Shown in pieces: positions 37,490-40,464 of a DNA stretch of 40,464 nt (positions are counted from its first letter, which is position 1; every line of letters begins with the position of its first letter). The DNA is taken from NCBI GenBank assembly GCA_964584035.1, contig CAZOYL010000006.1:1-40464 (forward strand), in the 5' to 3' direction. Made by a program: the position numbers and the translations under genes. Origin of the DNA: an uncultured Gemmatimonadota bacterium (GTDB lineage: Bacteria > SM23-81). The notes beneath the pieces are model-generated. The model was not told the origin of the DNA. It did not search any database and saw only the letters and a program-made list of their open reading frames with translations.

Positions 37490-38548
37490 TCACGGATGGT
37501 GAGGCGGTGGTTTGTGTTTGGCCTTGTGAGGCATCAAAGGTTTCGGTTTCGATCGCGGTTTGTGATTCGGCCGGCGGTGCCGAACCCAGCGGCGATGCTG
37601 AGCCACGGCCCGATGCAGCCTGGGGTGGCGCAGCATGAAGACACTGTGGCGGTGCAGCGCATGGCGCCAGGCCGGCCGGCGGGCCGTCAACAGACGGTGA
37701 TGCCAGACGCTCCGGGCCAGCCAGGGACGCCGTCCCAGATACAGGCGGCGGCTCCAGATGATGCGATGGAACCGGGGGTGACGGGCGGCATACAGACGAT
37801 AACGCCACCAGGTCAGCCACAGGCTGCGGCGGGGGTGCATCCAGCGCCAGTGGCGGTAGATCCGGCCGGCTGCCAGCGGATGCGCACGGAGATAGTGATA
37901 CAGCCGCCAGTAGGCATGATACAGGGGCGGCCGAGCCCGGAGATAAGCGGCGAAGGCGATCAGTCCATCATCATCACCCCGGTAGGTCGGTCCCTCCTGG
38001 CTGCCGAAAAACTCCTCGGCCTCCTCGGCATGAGCCTGCAGGTAGGACATCTGATCGCCGTGTTCATCGAGCATCTCTTCATGCTCGGCGGCCGCCGTCT
38101 CCAGGGCCTCCATGCGCTCGGCCAGTTCCTCATCGGCGGCCAGAAGGCTGTCCATAACGGCCAACTGGTCCAGGGCTTCGGAGTCCGCCGCCGCGGTCTG
38201 CTCGAACTCGGCATAGCGCTGAGCCAGAAGAGTGTCCTCCTCCAGGATCTCGTAGAAGGTGCTCTCCTGAGCGGCCAGCTCCGGATCGGTTCCCAGGGAT
38301 TCCTGATAGGCCAGGTAGCTGTCCTCCAGCTCTTCGTCGCTGGCCAGCAGGGAGTCGATCTCGTCCAGTTCGGCTTGGTATTCCGGGTTCTCCTGGAGCC
38401 AATGCTGGTATTCCTGATCGGTTTCCGGCACAGGATCTTCCGGGTCTGCCGCGGCCGGCAGGGAGATTAAAAAGATGGCCAGACCCAGGACGAGGCACAT
38501 GGCCGGAACCCGACATCGAAAACCGCCAAACCGATCCAATCGCCTCAT
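37490..38548 (-). CDS. exported 17-aa-repeat protein with an acidic half and a basic/aromatic half
   Basis: ATG 38548 after GGGGG; signal peptide ending AAA; high GC at third codon positions in both halves; see findings. Confidence 0.8.
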   Translation of the reverse strand: MRRLDRFGGFRCRVPAMCLVLGLAIFLISLPAAADPEDPVPETDQEYQHWLQENPEYQAELDEIDSLLASDEELEDSYLAYQESLGTDPELAAQESTFYEILEEDTLLAQRYAEFEQTAAADSEALDQLAVMDSLLAADEELAERMEALETAAAEHEEMLDEHGDQMSYLQAHAEEAEEFFGSQEGPTYRGDDDGLIAFAAYLRARPPLYHAYWRLYHYLRAHPLAAGRIYRHWRWMHPRRSLWLTWWRYRLYAARHPRFHRIIWSRRLYLGRRPWLARSVWHHRLLTARRPAWRHALHRHSVFMLRHPRLHRAVAQHRRWVRHRRPNHKPRSKPKPLMPHKAKHKPPPHHP

Positions 38549-38639
38549 GATCGAACCCCCTGTGGTGGAGGGAAGGATGATCATATTCTCCAGGAAACAT
38601 CTTTCTCGACTTTCGAACCGCTTGTTGGCGTTGAATTTC

Positions 38640-38668
38640 AATATATCGTTGGGTGGCGCCTATGTCAA
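38640..38668 (-). promoter_or_regulatory. putative sigma70 promoter for the repeat protein and downstream genes
   Basis: TTGACA-17 nt-TATATT. Confidence 0.7.
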
Positions 38669-38805
38669 GCTAATTCAGGCAGACGGCAAGTGCCGTCAGA
38701 ACGTGAGAGGGGAGCGCGCGAAATCGCAGGCTCTAGCCGGCTCTTCGCACACTCCCCATCACATGGATACATCCATCACACGCTGTCGTTTCAAGCGACC
38801 ATCGA

Positions 38806-38988
38806 TCAGCAGCCGCAGCATCCGCGGCAACCGCCTCTCGGCGCTGTATCGAGGTACTTCTCCGGATTCTTCTCGAAGATCTCCTTGCATCCCGGAGCGC
38901 AGAAGTAGTAAGTTTTACCCTGATAGTCGGTCTGGGCCTTTGCCGTCTTGGGGTCCACGTTCATCTTGCATACCGGATCCACTGCCAT
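38806..38988 (-). CDS. YHS-domain metal-binding protein with Cys-rich tail
   Basis: 'DPVCKMNVD....YQGKTYYFCAPGCKEIF..NPEKY'; tail GGCRGCCGC; GGAGGT RBS. Confidence 0.9.
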   Translation of the reverse strand: MAVDPVCKMNVDPKTAKAQTDYQGKTYYFCAPGCKEIFEKNPEKYLDTAPRGGCRGCCGC

Positions 38989-39099
38989 GTTTCTCACCTC
39001 CCCCAATCATTGAATTGGTCAACAAATTTTCTCGTTTCCGCATCGCGAGACATATCACCGCCTCGACCTGAGGATGCGGGCCGGGTCATTTTCTGCCCT

Positions 39100-40248
39100 T
39101 TATCCCAGGATCGCCTTGAGATCCTCCCGGGCGGTCGTGATGGGCATGATGTTGAAATTCTCCACCAGCACCTTCAACACCGCAGGAGTAACGAAGGCCG
39201 GTAGGCTGGGACCCAGACGGATGTCCCTGATGCCCAGATGCAGCAGGGTCAGCAGAATGCAGACGGCCTTTTGCTCGTACCAGGAGAGGATTATGGACAG
39301 GGGCAGGCCGTTCACATCCGTCTTGAAGGCACTGGCCAGGGCCAGGGCAATCTGGATGGCCGAGTGGGCGTCGTTGCACTGCCCAACGTCCAGGAGCCGC
39401 GGGATACCCCCGATATCGCCGAAATCCAGCTTGTTGAAGCGGTATTTTCCACAGGCCAGGGTCAGGATGATGGTATCCTCGGGCAGGGCCTGGGCGAGCT
39501 CGGTATAGTAGTTCCGCCCGGACTTGGCCCCGTCGCAGCCGCCGATGAGGAAGAAGTGCCTGATGTCGCCGTTCTTGACCGCTGCGACCACCTTATCGGC
39601 CACGCCCAGGACGGCCTGGTGGCCGAATCCGACGGTGATGGTCTTATCGGAACCGTCTTCCGGAAAACCCGGAGCAGCCAGGGCTGCCTCGATAACCTGG
39701 GTGAAGTCCCGGCCGGCGATATGCACCACCCCGGGCCAGGCCACCAGACCGCTGGTGAAGATCCGGCCCAGGTAAGTCTCTCTCGGCTTTTGGATGCAGT
39801 TGGTCGTCATCAGGATGGCCCCGGGAAATTGATCGAACTCGACCCGTTGATCCTGCCAGGCGCCACCGTAATTGCCTGCCAGATGCTCATATTTCTTCAG
39901 CCCCGGATAGCCGTGGGCAGGCAGCATCTCGCCGTGTGTATAGACGTTGATCCCCCGGCCCCGGGTCTGCTTGAGCAGCTCCTCGAGGTCCTTCAAATCG
40001 TGGCCCGAGACCAGAATCGCCTTGCCCTTGAGAGGCTCGATGCGCACCGGAGTGGGAATCGGATCTCCATAGGCGCCGGTGTTGGCCGCATCCAGCAGCT
40101 CCATGACCCTCAAGTTCACCTGGCCGCATTTCAGATTCATGGCCACCAGCTCATCCAGGTTGAGATCATCCCGGGTCAGAAAATCCAGCGCCTCGTGGAA
40201 GTAGGCATAGACCTGATCGTCTTCCTGTCCCAGAATCAGGGCGTGATC
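39100..40248 (-). CDS. hcp: hybrid cluster protein (hydroxylamine reductase), N-terminus missing
   Basis: 'ILVSGHDL', '[12 protein letters not shown]', 'MTTNC', 'GGCDG', 'LACGKYRFN', 'GQCND', 'SWYEQKAV'. Similarity stops at DHALILG and the N-terminal Cys cluster is absent. Confidence 0.92.
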   Translation of the reverse strand, partial: DHALILGQEDDQVYAYFHEALDFLTRDDLNLDELVAMNLKCGQVNLRVMELLDAANTGAYGDPIPTPVRIEPLKGKAILVSGHDLKDLEELLKQTRGRGINVYTHGEMLPAHGYPGLKKYEHLAGNYGGAWQDQRVEFDQFPGAILMTTNCIQKPRETYLGRIFTSGLVAWPGVVHIAGRDFTQVIEAALAAPGFPEDGSDKTITVGFGHQAVLGVADKVVAAVKNGDIRHFFLIGGCDGAKSGRNYYTELAQALPEDTIILTLACGKYRFNKLDFGDIGGIPRLLDVGQCNDAHSAIQIALALASAFKTDVNGLPLSIILSWYEQKAVCILLTLLHLGIRDIRLGPSLPAFVTPAVLKVLVENFNIMPITTAREDLKAILG

Positions 40249-40335
40249 GCAAACCTGATGGATCAGTCGCGCGATGCCATCGGTGGCTCGGTACACGGCC
40301 TGCAGAGCGTCGTCGTCGAACAGCGGCGCTCCGCC
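40249..40335 (-). other. fragment resembling the C-terminal lid of an ExeA-like AAA ATPase
   Basis: '[26 protein letters not shown](DHALILG)' resembles ExeA-type 'F..DAL..IY..TGGIPRLIN..CD.AL'. Confidence 0.6.
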
Positions 40336-40350
40336 ACTTTCCGGCCCGCG

Positions 40351-40464
40351 GCCCGCCAGGAGTTGCAGGCCCGGTACGAGCGGCTCACGACGGCCGTCAT
40401 CATCGTCGCCGGACTGGCGGACGGCATCCTCAATCCCTGCGCGTTCACCGTGATCATCTTCTTC
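40351..40464 (+). other. fragment of a CcdA/DsbD-like membrane protein gene
   Basis: Plus-strand translation '[38 protein letters not shown]' contains the DG.NPCAF motif; no start seen. Confidence 0.55.

Noticed and set aside
37490-37957. Arg/His/Pro-rich half of the repeat protein as a frameshift artefact
   Set aside because: The 17-aa register continues from the acidic half, third codon positions stay GC-rich, and the high Trp/Tyr content is not typical of off-frame reading.
38780-38808. Selenocysteine read-through of the YHS TGA (small hairpin GTCG-CTTGAAA-CGAC downstream)
   Set aside because: Read-through adds only SMVA before another TGA and the stem is only 4 bp; no support without homologue alignments.
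39100-40296. Novel short Hcp lacking the N-terminal cluster domain
   Set aside because: The apparent N-terminus belongs to an unrelated ATPase-like fragment, most likely an assembly chimera.
1-40464. CRISPR arrays, tRNA/rRNA genes, IS elements, defence systems
   Set aside because: No spaced direct repeats, RNA gene signatures, transposase or defence-gene motifs were seen by eye.

Overview
GC-rich bacterial window, probably from an FCB-related or candidate diderm lineage. This is inferred from the 'QNYPNPFN' C-terminal sorting domain, a DUF3078 barrel, a SprA-like protein and a short RpoD-type sigma factor. It is almost all coding (about 33 CDS). I found no rRNA, tRNA, CRISPR array, transposase or integrase. 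In order: a partial CsgG-like gene; mscS/mscL/DUF3078; an HTH-TPR regulator plus a sigma-70 factor; a secreted C25-like protein; an OmpW-like barrel; an internally deleted Smr gene; a 3D + DUF1460 lipoprotein; a minus-strand cluster of DUF362 x2, lipoprotein, polyferredoxin and a propeller/SprA-like barrel; an ECF sigma operon; a CDF-HflK fusion / hflC / hflK operon; amylase, pullulanase and phosphoesterase; a repeat protein; a YHS protein; and an N-terminally chimeric hcp at the right edge. The best candidates for undescribed biology are: (1) a secreted protein of eight acidic then eight basic/aromatic 17-aa repeats in one register; (2) an SPFH (HflKC) module covalently joined to a CDF metal transporter; (3) the redox/DUF362 cluster ending in a compact SprA-like barrel. 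All family assignments come from motifs recognised by eye; no searches were run.
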